A stretch of DNA of 64,000 nt. Origin: Akkermansiaceae bacterium UBA4589 (GTDB lineage Bacteria; Verrucomicrobiota; Verrucomicrobiia; Verrucomicrobiales; Akkermansiaceae). The position numbers and the translations under genes are program-made. The stretch lies in NCBI GenBank assembly GCA_002387565.1, contig DGJT01000018.1:17767-81766 (forward strand). Reading direction: 5' to 3'. Positions 17,782 to 26,942 of the stretch are shown piece after piece. Under the pieces are notes generated by a model. That model had not been told where the DNA came from. It saw only the letters and a list, made by a program, of their open reading frames with translations, and did no database searches. Every line of letters begins with the position of its first letter. The first letter of the stretch is position 1.

Positions 17782-18897
17782 ATGTCAAAAAACACAAAAG
17801 AAACTGTTGAAGAGTCACAAGACTCATTGGTCTTGAATCGCTTTGAATTGCCAAATCGTTTAACTAAAAACGAAGACACGGCTACTGATACTTACACTCA
17901 ATTCGTGGCTGAGCCATTTGAGCGCGGATTTGGTCACACACTAGGCAACTCATTACGCCGAGTACTCCTTTCATCTATCGAAGGTGCAGCTGTTACTTCT
18001 GTTCGTATCGCTGGAGCTCAACATGAGTTTTCAACTTTACCAGGTGTTGTTGAAGATGTGACAGATATTATTCTGAACATCAAAAAAATTGGATTTAAAC
18101 ATGCGACAAAAGAAGCCTCAATTCTCAACATCAATGTTGAGAAAAAAGGTGTAGTTACCGCAGGCGACATCGAAGAAGCTAATGGCTTTGAAGTCGTGAA
18201 CAAAGATCAAGTAATTTGTACACTTGATAAAAAAGTAAAATTTGAATGTGAGCTCCAAGTTCAAGTCGGACGCGGTTTCGCCACAAGTGAAGAAAACAAA
18301 GTAGCAGACGCTCCAATCGGTGTTATCGCTGTTGAAACTGTGTTCTCACCTGTTTCTCGTGTAAAGTACAGTGTTGAAGCTACCCGTGTAGGTCAAATCA
18401 CTAACTATGATAAGCTTATCTTAGACATCTGGACTGACGGTCGTATTGAGCCTAATGACGCTTTACTACAGGCTTCAGCTATCATGCGTCACCACTTAGA
18501 CGTATTCGTTAACTATGACGATGACGCCATCGCTTTCCAAGAAGCTCAAGAAATGAAGAACGAAGAAGATTCTAAATTGAAGAGACTTCTTAACATGAGC
18601 GTTAATGAGATTGAGCTCTCTGTACGTGCAGCTAACTGCTTGAATAATGCTAACATTATCACTGTAGGTCAGCTCGCTACTAAGACAGAAGCAGACATGC
18701 TCAAGTACAGAAACTTTGGTAAAAAATCACTCAATGAGATTAAAGACAAACTTGTTGAGCTTGGTTTAGGATTGGGAATGAGTATTGACCCTGAGCTTAT
18801 CACTAGCTCAATTACCACTACTACAAATCAGTTTGTCGAAGAGGAGGAGTCTCCAGTTGGCTTAAGTGATTTGATTGCTCAGAATATTGAAGACTAA
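17782..18897 (+). CDS. rpoA: DNA-directed RNA polymerase subunit alpha
   Basis: N-terminal domain (EPFERGFGHTLGNSLRRVLLSS) and C-terminal domain (ELSVRAANCLNNANIITVGQL...NFGKKSLNEIK). Confidence 0.95.
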   Translation: MSKNTKETVEESQDSLVLNRFELPNRLTKNEDTATDTYTQFVAEPFERGFGHTLGNSLRRVLLSSIEGAAVTSVRIAGAQHEFSTLPGVVEDVTDIILNIKKIGFKHATKEASILNINVEKKGVVTAGDIEEANGFEVVNKDQVICTLDKKVKFECELQVQVGRGFATSEENKVADAPIGVIAVETVFSPVSRVKYSVEATRVGQITNYDKLILDIWTDGRIEPNDALLQASAIMRHHLDVFVNYDDDAIAFQEAQEMKNEEDSKLKRLLNMSVNEIELSVRAANCLNNANIITVGQLATKTEADMLKYRNFGKKSLNEIKDKLVELGLGLGMSIDPELITSSITTTTNQFVEEEESPVGLSDLIAQNIED

Positions 18898-18920
18898 GAA
18901 TATTAATCAATTTAAAGATA

Positions 18921-19517
18921 ATGAAACACGGAAAGAAAATTCACAAACTTAAGCGTAATGCTTCACAAAGAAAAGCTCTGCTTTCTAATTTAGCAGGACA
19001 ACTTATTGAGCATGGTCGCATTAGAACCACATTGGCCAAGGCTAAAGCACTTCGCCCAGTAGCTGAGAAGCTAGTCACACTTGCTAAGCGTGATGATGTA
19101 CACACACGTCGCCAAGCAGTTTCTTACTTGCGCCAAAAAGACATCGTGCAAAAGCTTTTTACGGAAATCGCTCCAGCAGCAAAAGACCGCCAAGGTGGTT
19201 ATTGCCGTATTATCAAGCTTGGTTTTAGAACTTCAGATGCAGCGCCTATGGCTCTCATCGAATGGGTAGATCGCCCAGAAATCGAAAACGAGACCATCGT
19301 TGACGAGGTAGAAGTCGCGGAAGCAACTGAAGTAGCAGTAGAAGCTACAGAAGAGGCAGCAGCAGTTCAAGAAGAAGCCAAGGTTGAGGAGAAAGCAGAA
19401 GCAAAAGAAGAAGTCAAAGAAGCTCCAGCTAAAAAAGCCACAGCTAAAAAGACAACTAAAAAAGCGGCAGCCAAAAAAACTACTGCTAAAAAAGCTCCTA
19501 AAAAGAAAGAAGATTAA
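18921..19517 (+). CDS. rplQ: 50S ribosomal protein L17 with ~80-aa C-terminal acidic/basic extension
   Basis: The core (residues 1 to ~117) is canonical (RKALLSNLAGQLIEHGRIRTTLAKAKALRP...GGY.RI.KLG.R.SD.APMALIE). The tail is E/A/V-rich and then runs as KKATAKKTTKKAAAKKTTAKKAPKKK. Confidence 0.9.
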   Translation: MKHGKKIHKLKRNASQRKALLSNLAGQLIEHGRIRTTLAKAKALRPVAEKLVTLAKRDDVHTRRQAVSYLRQKDIVQKLFTEIAPAAKDRQGGYCRIIKLGFRTSDAAPMALIEWVDRPEIENETIVDEVEVAEATEVAVEATEEAAAVQEEAKVEEKAEAKEEVKEAPAKKATAKKTTKKAAAKKTTAKKAPKKKED

Positions 19518-19544
19518 TTACCTTACTTACAACTAATCTAAAAC

Positions 19545-19584
19545 AAAGAGGTTTTGAGCTTGGCTTAAAACCTCTTTTGTTTTA
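19545..19584 (+). terminator. Intrinsic terminator after rplQ
   Basis: 11-bp stem AAAGAGGTTTT/AAAACCTCTTT followed by a TTGTTTT tract. Confidence 0.7.
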
Positions 19585-19626
19585 TCAAATCAACAACTCC
19601 GTGGAGTTTGAATCACCCTTACTACT

Positions 19627-20709
19627 ATGACACTTGATGAAATTAGGCAGAGAATCGATGAATTAGATACCAATCTCATTCATTTATTAGGCGAACGAGC
19701 CAAGCTTGTGCACATGGTGGGCGATTTCAAAAAAGAGCACAATTTGCCTATCTACGCCCCCGAGCGAGAGTACGCACTCATTGAAAAACTCTTAGCCAAG
19801 AACAAAGAGGCCAAGTCACAAATTACCGACGAATCACTCAAGGCGATTTACCGAGAAATCATGTCGTCAGCGCTGAGTTTAGAGGACGATTTTAGAGTGG
19901 CCTACCTAGGGCCTGAAGGCACATGGACACATCAGGCCGCTATTAAGAAGTTTGGTCACTCTGTAGATTACCTTCCCAAGTCTAATTTTGCAGATGTGTT
20001 TGACGCTGTCGAATCTAAGCAGGTCAATTACGGAGTAGTGCCAATTGAAAACTCTACAGAGGGCGCAGTCACGCACACCCTAGATTTATTTGTAGAGTCG
20101 CATTTAAAAATTTGTGCGCAAATTGAGCTGTCTATACAAAATGCCTTGTTAGCTAAAATTGACAAAGAAGCTATTAAGACCATCTACTCGCACCCACAAG
20201 TTTTTGGTCAATGCCGAGGCTGGTTGTTGCAGAATTTCCCTAAAGCTGATTTGGTAGAGGTGTCTTCCACTACTAAAGCCGCGCAAATGGTCGCCGAGTC
20301 AGATGATGCTAAGGGTGTCGCTGCTCTAGCGGGCACATTATCAGCAGAATTTCATGGTCTGAATATCTTGGAAACCAATATCCAAGATAAACAGCATAAC
20401 ACCACCAGGTTTTTGGTCATCACGCATAAGGATTGCCCAGCAACAGGTGATGACAAGACTTCGCTACTATTTTCGGTGAAAGACCAGCCAGGCTCCTTAG
20501 TCAACGCCTTGAACGTGTTTAACAGTCATGGCATCAATTTAGCAAAAATTGAGTCTAGACCATCCAAACAAGGTGACTGGAAATACATCTTCTATGTCGA
20601 TGCTCAAGGGCACGCCGCAGACAGCCCTCTCAAAGAGGCTCTGCTAGAACTAGAATCATCTTGCGCCTTGGTCAAGGTGCTGGGTTCATATGCTAGCAAA
20701 AGTTTGTAA
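19627..20709 (+). CDS. pheA: Bifunctional chorismate mutase / prephenate dehydratase (P-protein)
   Basis: N-terminal CM_2 domain (LDEIRQRIDELDTNLIHLLGERAKL), PDT domain (VAYLGPEGTWTHQAA, TRF) and C-terminal ACT domain (ESRPS). Confidence 0.9.
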   Translation: MTLDEIRQRIDELDTNLIHLLGERAKLVHMVGDFKKEHNLPIYAPEREYALIEKLLAKNKEAKSQITDESLKAIYREIMSSALSLEDDFRVAYLGPEGTWTHQAAIKKFGHSVDYLPKSNFADVFDAVESKQVNYGVVPIENSTEGAVTHTLDLFVESHLKICAQIELSIQNALLAKIDKEAIKTIYSHPQVFGQCRGWLLQNFPKADLVEVSSTTKAAQMVAESDDAKGVAALAGTLSAEFHGLNILETNIQDKQHNTTRFLVITHKDCPATGDDKTSLLFSVKDQPGSLVNALNVFNSHGINLAKIESRPSKQGDWKYIFYVDAQGHAADSPLKEALLELESSCALVKVLGSYASKSL

Positions 20710-20730
20710 TCTAGTGACGCTAGTACCTGC

Positions 20731-21411
20731 ATGAATAGAGTGAAATGGCGTATGAGGTGCTTGCAAGTCATGGCGGGCATATTGATTCTCGGGTTGAGCA
20801 GTTGCGCGAGTTTAAATCCGTTGGAGTGGATTTTTGGGCGTAAGATTCATTGGGATTGGCGCAAGGAAAACCCAACTTTTTATTTTATAGCCGATGATCT
20901 GATGTCTATTCACGGGCAAGAGTTGTTAGAGATTGTTCCAAGAGATATTGATAATTATTGCCCAGCGTACAGGAATTTAAATGCTGAGGGTAGGCAGTTG
21001 TTTTGGGTGATGCTGCTATCGGCTATAGCTAGACATGAGAGCAGTCATAATCCTGCTTGCTTTTATCAGGAACAAATCAAAAACAAATATGGAGAGAAGG
21101 TCATCAGTCGAGGTCTCTTGCAGATTTCCTACCTGAGCTCTAAACGTTATCTGCCAACTATTAGTTCAGATGACGATCTGCATGTGGCGCACACGAACTT
21201 ATTATGTGGAATTGAAATTTTAAAAACATGGGTGCTAACGGACAAGGTCATCTCCTCTAGAGTGAATCGCAAGTGGTACGGAGCCGCTAGATACTGGAGC
21301 GTCTTAAGGGCTAATGCCAAGCATCAAGAAATTCAAGGCTGGCTCCAATCATTAGAGTATACAGAACAGCAAAAAAACAAAGCTGGCTCAAACGCTACTC
21401 AAGATTTTTAG
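20731..21411 (+). CDS. Lipoprotein with SLT-like lytic transglycosylase domain
   Basis: Lipobox LGLSSC. Catalytic-type motif ARHESSHNP followed by SRGLLQISY, which resembles the SLT E-S...GLMQ signature. Confidence 0.55.
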   Translation: MNRVKWRMRCLQVMAGILILGLSSCASLNPLEWIFGRKIHWDWRKENPTFYFIADDLMSIHGQELLEIVPRDIDNYCPAYRNLNAEGRQLFWVMLLSAIARHESSHNPACFYQEQIKNKYGEKVISRGLLQISYLSSKRYLPTISSDDDLHVAHTNLLCGIEILKTWVLTDKVISSRVNRKWYGAARYWSVLRANAKHQEIQGWLQSLEYTEQQKNKAGSNATQDF

Positions 21412-21439
21412 GGTGAGGTAAGCGAGATTATTTTTTGAG

Positions 21440-21468
21440 TTGACAAAAATGTCAGGTGTAGATAGATT
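21440..21468 (+). promoter_or_regulatory. Candidate sigma70-type promoter for tRNA-Gly
   Basis: TTGACA (21440-21445), 17-nt spacer, TAGATT (21463-21468), located 25 nt upstream of the tRNA 5' end. Confidence 0.4.
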
Positions 21469-21493
21469 AAAAATAAGTTTAAATACCTTGTAT

Positions 21494-21564
21494 GCGGGTA
21501 TAGCTTAGTGGTAAAGCTCCAGCCTTCCAAGCTGATTATGCGGGTTCGATTCCCGCTACCCGCT
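21494..21564 (+). tRNA. tRNA-Gly(TCC): tRNA-Gly, anticodon TCC
   Basis: Acceptor GCGGGTA/TACCCGC. The anticodon arm CAGC-CTTCCAA-GCTG is identical to that of E. coli glyT. T arm GCGGG-TTCGATT-CCCGC. Confidence 0.9.
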
Positions 21565-21599
21565 TTTGACATTTAAACTCAAAACTTAAAACTAAGATT

Positions 21600-22034
21600 A
21601 TGAAATTAAAAAAAATATGTACCCTAATAGCTAGTGTTGTTTGCATAGGATTTATACAAGCTCAATCCGTAGATGTGCAAACTGCAATTACTAATGAAAG
21701 CCCAGTTGCTCTAAGTGACGCAATATTAGCGGAAGTTGGTCGAATGACTACAGTAGAGGAATTTGATAGCTTTGCTCAGTCAATCTTAAGTTTGCTTACT
21801 AGTGATGATGTGCTTAATGTTGTACTTGCTCAAGCTGTTGTTTCAGCATTTGATCAAATCTATGCGGATGAAAATAACGTATACGAACCAGTTATTAAAG
21901 CTCGCATACCTGCTACGAAGCCTTCTTTTGTGCCAGTGCAAGCGCCAGATGCAGGTGAGTCACCTGAAGAAGTTGAGCTTGAAGTCGAGTCTGAGGAAGA
22001 AGCTGTTACTCCTACCCCTCCTGTTACTCCTTAA
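21600..22034 (+). CDS. Small secreted acidic protein, function unknown
   Basis: Signal peptide and an E/P/V-rich C-terminus. It is the first gene of the export cluster. Confidence 0.4.
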   Translation: MKLKKICTLIASVVCIGFIQAQSVDVQTAITNESPVALSDAILAEVGRMTTVEEFDSFAQSILSLLTSDDVLNVVLAQAVVSAFDQIYADENNVYEPVIKARIPATKPSFVPVQAPDAGESPEEVELEVESEEEAVTPTPPVTP

Positions 22035-22057
22035 TTAAATAATTAAATAATTAAATA

Positions 22058-23242
22058 ATGAAAAAATATACTTATATTGCAGCTTTAATGTCTGCAGGTT
22101 CACTCACTTTTGCTGGTGATTTTGGTGCGGCTTCTCAAGATATTGAAAGCTCTGCATCAACTAGTCTTCTGCATAACTTAGATGTAGCTGGTTTTTACGA
22201 CGATAATCTACATGCGGGTACTGCGACTCGTGATCAAGAATCATTTGTGATTCAGTCTGCTTTAAATTCTATCTTCTCTAGTAGAACTGCTGCTTCTGTC
22301 TTAGACTTGGGTACGAGAATCGGTGGGCGTTATAACGAGGACGCTGCCAACGGTTTTGATGATTTCGAATGGGACTTGGGTGCTAATGCCAATTACTATA
22401 GAATTCTTAACGCAAGAAACGTTCTTACTAGTCTAGGTAGCGTTGCCTATCGATTAGACGATGACGGGGCTTATGGTAACACTAACACGAGAGGTGGTGA
22501 AGAATACCTTGCATATAGCTTGGCTAACTCAGTAACTACTCAGCTTAATGATACTCTACAGTCAACTTTAGGGTTTACTCTCTCAGGCACAGATTTTGAT
22601 GCGTCTAGTGTTAATGATAGGACTAATGTTCAAGTGAGTGCCAAACTTAGTGAGCGTTTAACTAAATTACTCAGAGGTTATGTAGCTTATTCGTACAGAA
22701 TGGTGAATGCTGATGACACTGATAGTGATATTCATAAATTAGTTTTAGGTGGTGATTATGATTTAACAGCTACTGAGAAGCTTAATGCGGAACTTGGTAT
22801 CCAGTCACGTGAAATTGATAATGGCGGAGACAGTCAAAACTTCTTTGCTTCTTTAAATTTTGCTCGTGCAATTAATAGTACTCTTACGGCTAAATTAGGT
22901 ACTGTTTATGGGGCTGATGAGCAAGGCAACATCCTCGGTGGTGTGCGTTATGAGGAAAAAACTTCATGGAGAACTAATGCTGGATTGGCTTATCAAGCTT
23001 CTAAGCAGCTTAGCTTAACTACTGATATTGACTATTTATTAGGTCAGTATGAAGGTGCTCAAACTGCAGCTACTGAAGGAGACGAGAATAAAATCACTTG
23101 GAGCACTGGTGTAAAATACGCTTATTCTCCACAAGTGACTTTGAGCGCTTCTTATGCATTCACTGATTCTGATTCTGATGTGTTAGTTAATAATGACTAC
23201 GACAGAAATCGTTTCTCTGTAGGTGCAAATATTGCATTCTAA
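22058..23242 (+). CDS. Outer-membrane beta-barrel protein (putative polysaccharide translocon barrel)
   Basis: Signal peptide, alternating hydrophobic/polar strands rich in Y/G/S/T/N/D and a C-terminal aromatic residue (SVGANIAF). Confidence 0.6.
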   Translation: MKKYTYIAALMSAGSLTFAGDFGAASQDIESSASTSLLHNLDVAGFYDDNLHAGTATRDQESFVIQSALNSIFSSRTAASVLDLGTRIGGRYNEDAANGFDDFEWDLGANANYYRILNARNVLTSLGSVAYRLDDDGAYGNTNTRGGEEYLAYSLANSVTTQLNDTLQSTLGFTLSGTDFDASSVNDRTNVQVSAKLSERLTKLLRGYVAYSYRMVNADDTDSDIHKLVLGGDYDLTATEKLNAELGIQSREIDNGGDSQNFFASLNFARAINSTLTAKLGTVYGADEQGNILGGVRYEEKTSWRTNAGLAYQASKQLSLTTDIDYLLGQYEGAQTAATEGDENKITWSTGVKYAYSPQVTLSASYAFTDSDSDVLVNNDYDRNRFSVGANIAF

Positions 23243-23261
23243 TCAAAAATCTAGTTTTAAA

Positions 23262-23297
23262 ATGCCTCTCAGCTAAGGCTGAGAGGCATTTTTTTTC
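23262..23297 (+). terminator. Intrinsic terminator (possibly an attenuator) after the barrel gene
   Basis: 12-bp perfect stem ATGCCTCTCAGC/GCTGAGAGGCAT with loop TAAG, followed by a T8 run. Confidence 0.75.
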
Positions 23298-23317
23298 ACC
23301 TTTTATTATATTTATTT

Positions 23318-25465
23318 ATGAGCCAAAACTTTAATGTAGCTAATCATTTAGATGATGAAGATGCTGTTGATTTTTCTAGTGTTGTTAGAGAGCATTATCT
23401 AATTATTATATCCATTGCGTTAGGTTCATTTCTTTTGTCTTTGGCGGTGACGCTGCTCATGGACAAAAAATACACCAGTTTTGCGGAAGTGGAGCCGGTG
23501 AGTATAGGTTCAGGGTTGACGATTGATGGCCAAAATAATGCTGAAGCGAGTCGAGACAATGTAGATCGTAACTTTGTGTTCACGCAAGCAGGGGTTTTGT
23601 CCTCTAATACGGTCCTCAAAAGAGTGGTTGAGGAATTAAACCTAACAGATCTTTGGGAAGTTTCCGAAAGTATAGCTCTCATTAAATTATCTAATTTAAT
23701 AGATGTTGAGCCAGTTTATGGTACAAACCTCATCTCTATGAAGGCTTCGTCTGCAGATGCGGCTCTCTCTGTTGATTTGCTCAATCAAGTGATTGCCTCG
23801 TACAAAGAGCAACGAGTTAGTTCAGTAAGAGAAAATGCTGAAAATCAATTATTGGCACTCAAGGCACAGATGGAGAGTCAAGAAATGATCAAGATTGAAT
23901 CAAGAATTGCCCTAAATGATATCATGAGTAAGAAGGGTATTATTTATAGTGAGGGTGGTAGCTCCTCAGATAATATCATTGAAACAGGTAGCCATCAGCA
24001 ATCTGTATCAGCTTATTTTGAGTTGCAAAAAGAACTCGATGCCAAGAAATCAGAGTTAACCGCTTTAGAATCAGCTGGTTTAGAAGGTGAAGAGCTCTTG
24101 GGTATCGCTGCAGGCGTTAGCTCTACGGGTAATTTAGTGGCACGTCAATATCCAGAATATTTGGACTTGAAAAAGAGTTACGATTCAGCCCTCGCTTCTG
24201 GTTTAGGCAAGAAGCATCCAGATATTTTAGCTCTTGCTAAACAAATTGAAAGTTCACAAACTCAGCTATACCAAGCTGTTGAAGGTTTAAAAGGTATTCT
24301 GCAAAATGAATACGAAGTTTTGCAGAAACGCTTAGTGGCGATGGAATCACTCAAGGATGAAACAAGAACCACTGCTGTTGATCGCTCTATTGATCTCAAT
24401 GATTATCATACAGCTAGGCAGGATTATGAAGAAGCTCGTGAGATGTTTAATGATATTAAACAAAAATATATTAGAGAGAGTAGTCAGCTAGCTATTCCTC
24501 AAGAGGTAATCAAGGTACACAATGCGCCTGAGCAAGCACTCAGACATAGCAGTCCTAAGGAAATTCTTAATTTAGGTATCGGTATCGTTTTAGGATTGGT
24601 TCTTGGTTTTATGGCGGCATTTCTCATTGAGAAACTTGATCAAACGATTAAGACCATTGATGATGTGGAGCGTTATCTCAAAGCTAAAGTATTGGCCGTT
24701 ATTCCTAAAAATGTGAATATTGACTTAAATGTAGGTGAGGCCGATATGAATGATTTAGAGGCCTACAGAATTCTAAGAACCAATATAGATCTTAAAAAGA
24801 CTACCGATCAACATGTATTCTCTGTTTGTTCTGCTGGTCCAGCTGAGGGTAAGAGTACCACAATTGCCAATTTGGCGAATGCTTATGCCAACAGCGGTTA
24901 TTTAACTGTTTTGGTAGATGCGGATATGCGTAGACCATCGGCACACAAGAAGTTTCAAGAATTACGCTCGCCTGGTTTATCTGATTATTTTACGGGTTCC
25001 CCACTTGATAATGTGGTGCGCAAGATAGACAGTATCGAAAATCTTTATTTATTGCCTGCAGGTAATAAGGTGTCTGATCCGATGCATTTGCTCAGCTCTG
25101 ACACCATGAAAGAGTTGGTTGAAGATTTGCGTAGTAGGTTTGATGTAGTGCTCATTGATTCGCCGCCTATTTTAGGTTTAGGTGATGCGTCATTGATTGC
25201 TAATTTAGTGGATGAGACATTTTTAGTGATTCAGTACGGTAAGTTACCAAGGAAATTACTCAAGCATGTGAGTTTAGCTCTACAAGAGTCAGGCGGTAGC
25301 CTAATGGGTGTAGTGCTTAATCAGGTGGATGCTAAAAAAGATGCTTACTATGAGTATTATACGAATTACTATAATTACTACTCTTTAGACGATGACAAGG
25401 ATGAGAAGCCAGCTCCAAGAAAGCCGGTAACTCAAGCGACTCAACTTAATGATGATATTGTATAA
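23318..25465 (+). CDS. Polysaccharide co-polymerase / bacterial tyrosine autokinase (Wzc/GumC-like, PCP-2a)
   Basis: Two TM helices flank a coiled-coil periplasmic domain. Walker A SAGPAEGKST, Walker B VVLIDSPP and a C-terminal tyrosine cluster YYEYYTNYYNYY. Confidence 0.85.
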   Translation: MSQNFNVANHLDDEDAVDFSSVVREHYLIIISIALGSFLLSLAVTLLMDKKYTSFAEVEPVSIGSGLTIDGQNNAEASRDNVDRNFVFTQAGVLSSNTVLKRVVEELNLTDLWEVSESIALIKLSNLIDVEPVYGTNLISMKASSADAALSVDLLNQVIASYKEQRVSSVRENAENQLLALKAQMESQEMIKIESRIALNDIMSKKGIIYSEGGSSSDNIIETGSHQQSVSAYFELQKELDAKKSELTALESAGLEGEELLGIAAGVSSTGNLVARQYPEYLDLKKSYDSALASGLGKKHPDILALAKQIESSQTQLYQAVEGLKGILQNEYEVLQKRLVAMESLKDETRTTAVDRSIDLNDYHTARQDYEEAREMFNDIKQKYIRESSQLAIPQEVIKVHNAPEQALRHSSPKEILNLGIGIVLGLVLGFMAAFLIEKLDQTIKTIDDVERYLKAKVLAVIPKNVNIDLNVGEADMNDLEAYRILRTNIDLKKTTDQHVFSVCSAGPAEGKSTTIANLANAYANSGYLTVLVDADMRRPSAHKKFQELRSPGLSDYFTGSPLDNVVRKIDSIENLYLLPAGNKVSDPMHLLSSDTMKELVEDLRSRFDVVLIDSPPILGLGDASLIANLVDETFLVIQYGKLPRKLLKHVSLALQESGGSLMGVVLNQVDAKKDAYYEYYTNYYNYYSLDDDKDEKPAPRKPVTQATQLNDDIV

Positions 25466-25466
25466 T

Positions 25467-26066
25467 ATGAAAATTTTAATCTGCTTAATAACACTTCTTA
25501 GTTTTAATTATTTAATAGCTCAGGGCAGTGGCTCGACTGTGGCGTATCACCAAGTAAAAATTGGTGAGAATCTCACCATTGAAATTAGAGGTGTGCCTCA
25601 AGAAGAGCAGGCTAAAATTGCAGCTAGTTATCCTGTGACTAAGAATGGAACTATTGCATTGCCATTTTTAGAGAAGCCTATTTATGTCAAGGGTTTAACT
25701 ATGGACACTATAGCCACTAAAATTCAAAAAGCTTATTTTGAACAAGAGATTTACACCAGCCCTGTGATTATTGTAAGTTCTGCAGGAAGCTTGGCTGAGG
25801 ATAAATCTAGATCTGAGCAAATTGTTACTGTAGGTGGGGAGGTTAAATCTCCTGCTCAAATACCTTACCGTCAAGACATGACACTTTATCAGGCAGTTCA
25901 AGCTGCGGGTGGGTTGACACCATTTGGATCTCTCAAGCGTGTGAAGTTGATTCGTCGAGGTGCTGAGGATCAAGTTTATGACCTCAGAACTTCTGAAGGT
26001 AAGGCCGTCTTAGTGAGACCTTCAGACACGATTGAGGTGGATGAAAGAGGCTTATTAGGGGGCTAG
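25467..26066 (+). CDS. Short periplasmic OPX (Wza-like) polysaccharide export protein: Poly_export plus SLBB only
   Basis: Signal peptide, then Poly_export/SLBB-like sequence (VTVGGEVKSPAQIPY...TLYQAVQAAGGLTPFG...VKLIR). The start was moved to ATG 25467, 1 nt after the wzc stop. At about 200 aa it has no Wza-type C-terminal helix. Confidence 0.75.
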   Translation: MKILICLITLLSFNYLIAQGSGSTVAYHQVKIGENLTIEIRGVPQEEQAKIAASYPVTKNGTIALPFLEKPIYVKGLTMDTIATKIQKAYFEQEIYTSPVIIVSSAGSLAEDKSRSEQIVTVGGEVKSPAQIPYRQDMTLYQAVQAAGGLTPFGSLKRVKLIRRGAEDQVYDLRTSEGKAVLVRPSDTIEVDERGLLGG

Positions 26067-26114
26067 TATCATGAGGCGAGCAAAGCTGCATGAGGCTTTT
26101 AAAAACCTTATAAG

Positions 26115-26166
26115 ATTAGCTTTATTTAATGAGAACAAATCTCAATAAATAAAGCTAATTTTTTTG
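26115..26166 (+). terminator. AT-rich hairpin terminator after the export genes
   Basis: Perfect 14-bp stem ATTAGCTTTATTTA/TAAATAAAGCTAAT, 17-nt loop, then a T-run. Confidence 0.5.
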
Positions 26167-26178
26167 CTTATTTTAGCT

Positions 26179-26206
26179 TTGCTGATATGGCAATCTGTGC
26201 TATTTT
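26179..26206 (+). promoter_or_regulatory. Candidate promoter of the respiratory cluster
   Basis: TTGCTG, 16-nt spacer, TATTTT, ending 22 nt before the actA ATG. Weak call made by eye. Confidence 0.25.
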
Positions 26207-26227
26207 TCGCCACGCTTTTTTAAATCT

Positions 26228-26926
26228 ATGGCAAATATTTTTCCACGTTCTTTTAACTTGTCACCTTTCAAGGTTCTTTTCTGTTTAGGTGTTGTCGGGA
26301 TCACTATTATTTTAGGCTTGTGGTACTATGCCACTCCTAAGACTTTGCGTGTGGGCTATCAGCCTGCTCAGCCTATCCCTTTTGATCATAGTATTCATGT
26401 TGGTCAAGTCGGTTTAGATTGTCGTTACTGTCATAGCTTTGTAGATGAGTCATCTCATTCTAATATTCCATCAGCAAACACCTGTTGGAATTGTCACTCT
26501 CACATCAAAAAAGAGTCACCTAAGTTAGAGCCGTTGCGTAGAGCTATGGATAAAGACTACGAATTTTATGATGGCAAGGCTATTGAATGGGTGAGAGTTC
26601 ACAAGTCTCCTGATTATGTTTACTTTAATCATAGTGCGCACGTGAATAGAGGTGTATCTTGTAAATCTTGTCATGGTAATGTGGATGAGATGGATGTTGT
26701 CTATCAGGCGGAGACGCACAGTATGTCATTCTGTCTTGATTGTCATCGCAACCCAGAAGACCACTTACGTCCTTTAGAAGAGGTTTATAATTTAGATTAT
26801 GACGCTGCAGAGTTTATTAAGAATAACCCACAATTGGGTGTGAGTACTCAGCAGGAGTTAGGTGAGTTTTTGAAAAAAAAATGGTCCATTCATCCAAAAG
26901 AGAGTTGTTCAACCTGTCACAGATAA
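26228..26926 (+). CDS. actA: Alternative Complex III subunit ActA, pentahaem cytochrome c
   Basis: N-terminal TM helix and five CxxCH motifs (CRYCH, CWNCH, CKSCH, CLDCH, CSTCH). Confidence 0.85.
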   Translation: MANIFPRSFNLSPFKVLFCLGVVGITIILGLWYYATPKTLRVGYQPAQPIPFDHSIHVGQVGLDCRYCHSFVDESSHSNIPSANTCWNCHSHIKKESPKLEPLRRAMDKDYEFYDGKAIEWVRVHKSPDYVYFNHSAHVNRGVSCKSCHGNVDEMDVVYQAETHSMSFCLDCHRNPEDHLRPLEEVYNLDYDAAEFIKNNPQLGVSTQQELGEFLKKKWSIHPKESCSTCHR

Positions 26927-26942
26927 TTAACTGACTAATTTT

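Noticed and set aside
22032-22055. Three tandem TAATTAAA octamers between the small secreted ORF and the barrel gene
   Set aside because: It is a very short AT-only repeat that overlaps the stop codon and spacer. It is most simply low-complexity sequence, and there is no evidence for phase variation.
25449-25466. Upstream ATG for the OPX gene (and similarly 55565-55603 for the PP2C gene)
   Set aside because: The upstream starts lie inside the preceding genes. The downstream ATGs give the compact stop/start junctions typical of coupled genes, and sensible N-termini.
21494-26066. Genomic island integrated at tRNA-Gly
   Set aside because: No integrase, no recognisable direct repeat of the tRNA 3' end downstream and no obvious compositional break. 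The genes look like a native envelope export module.
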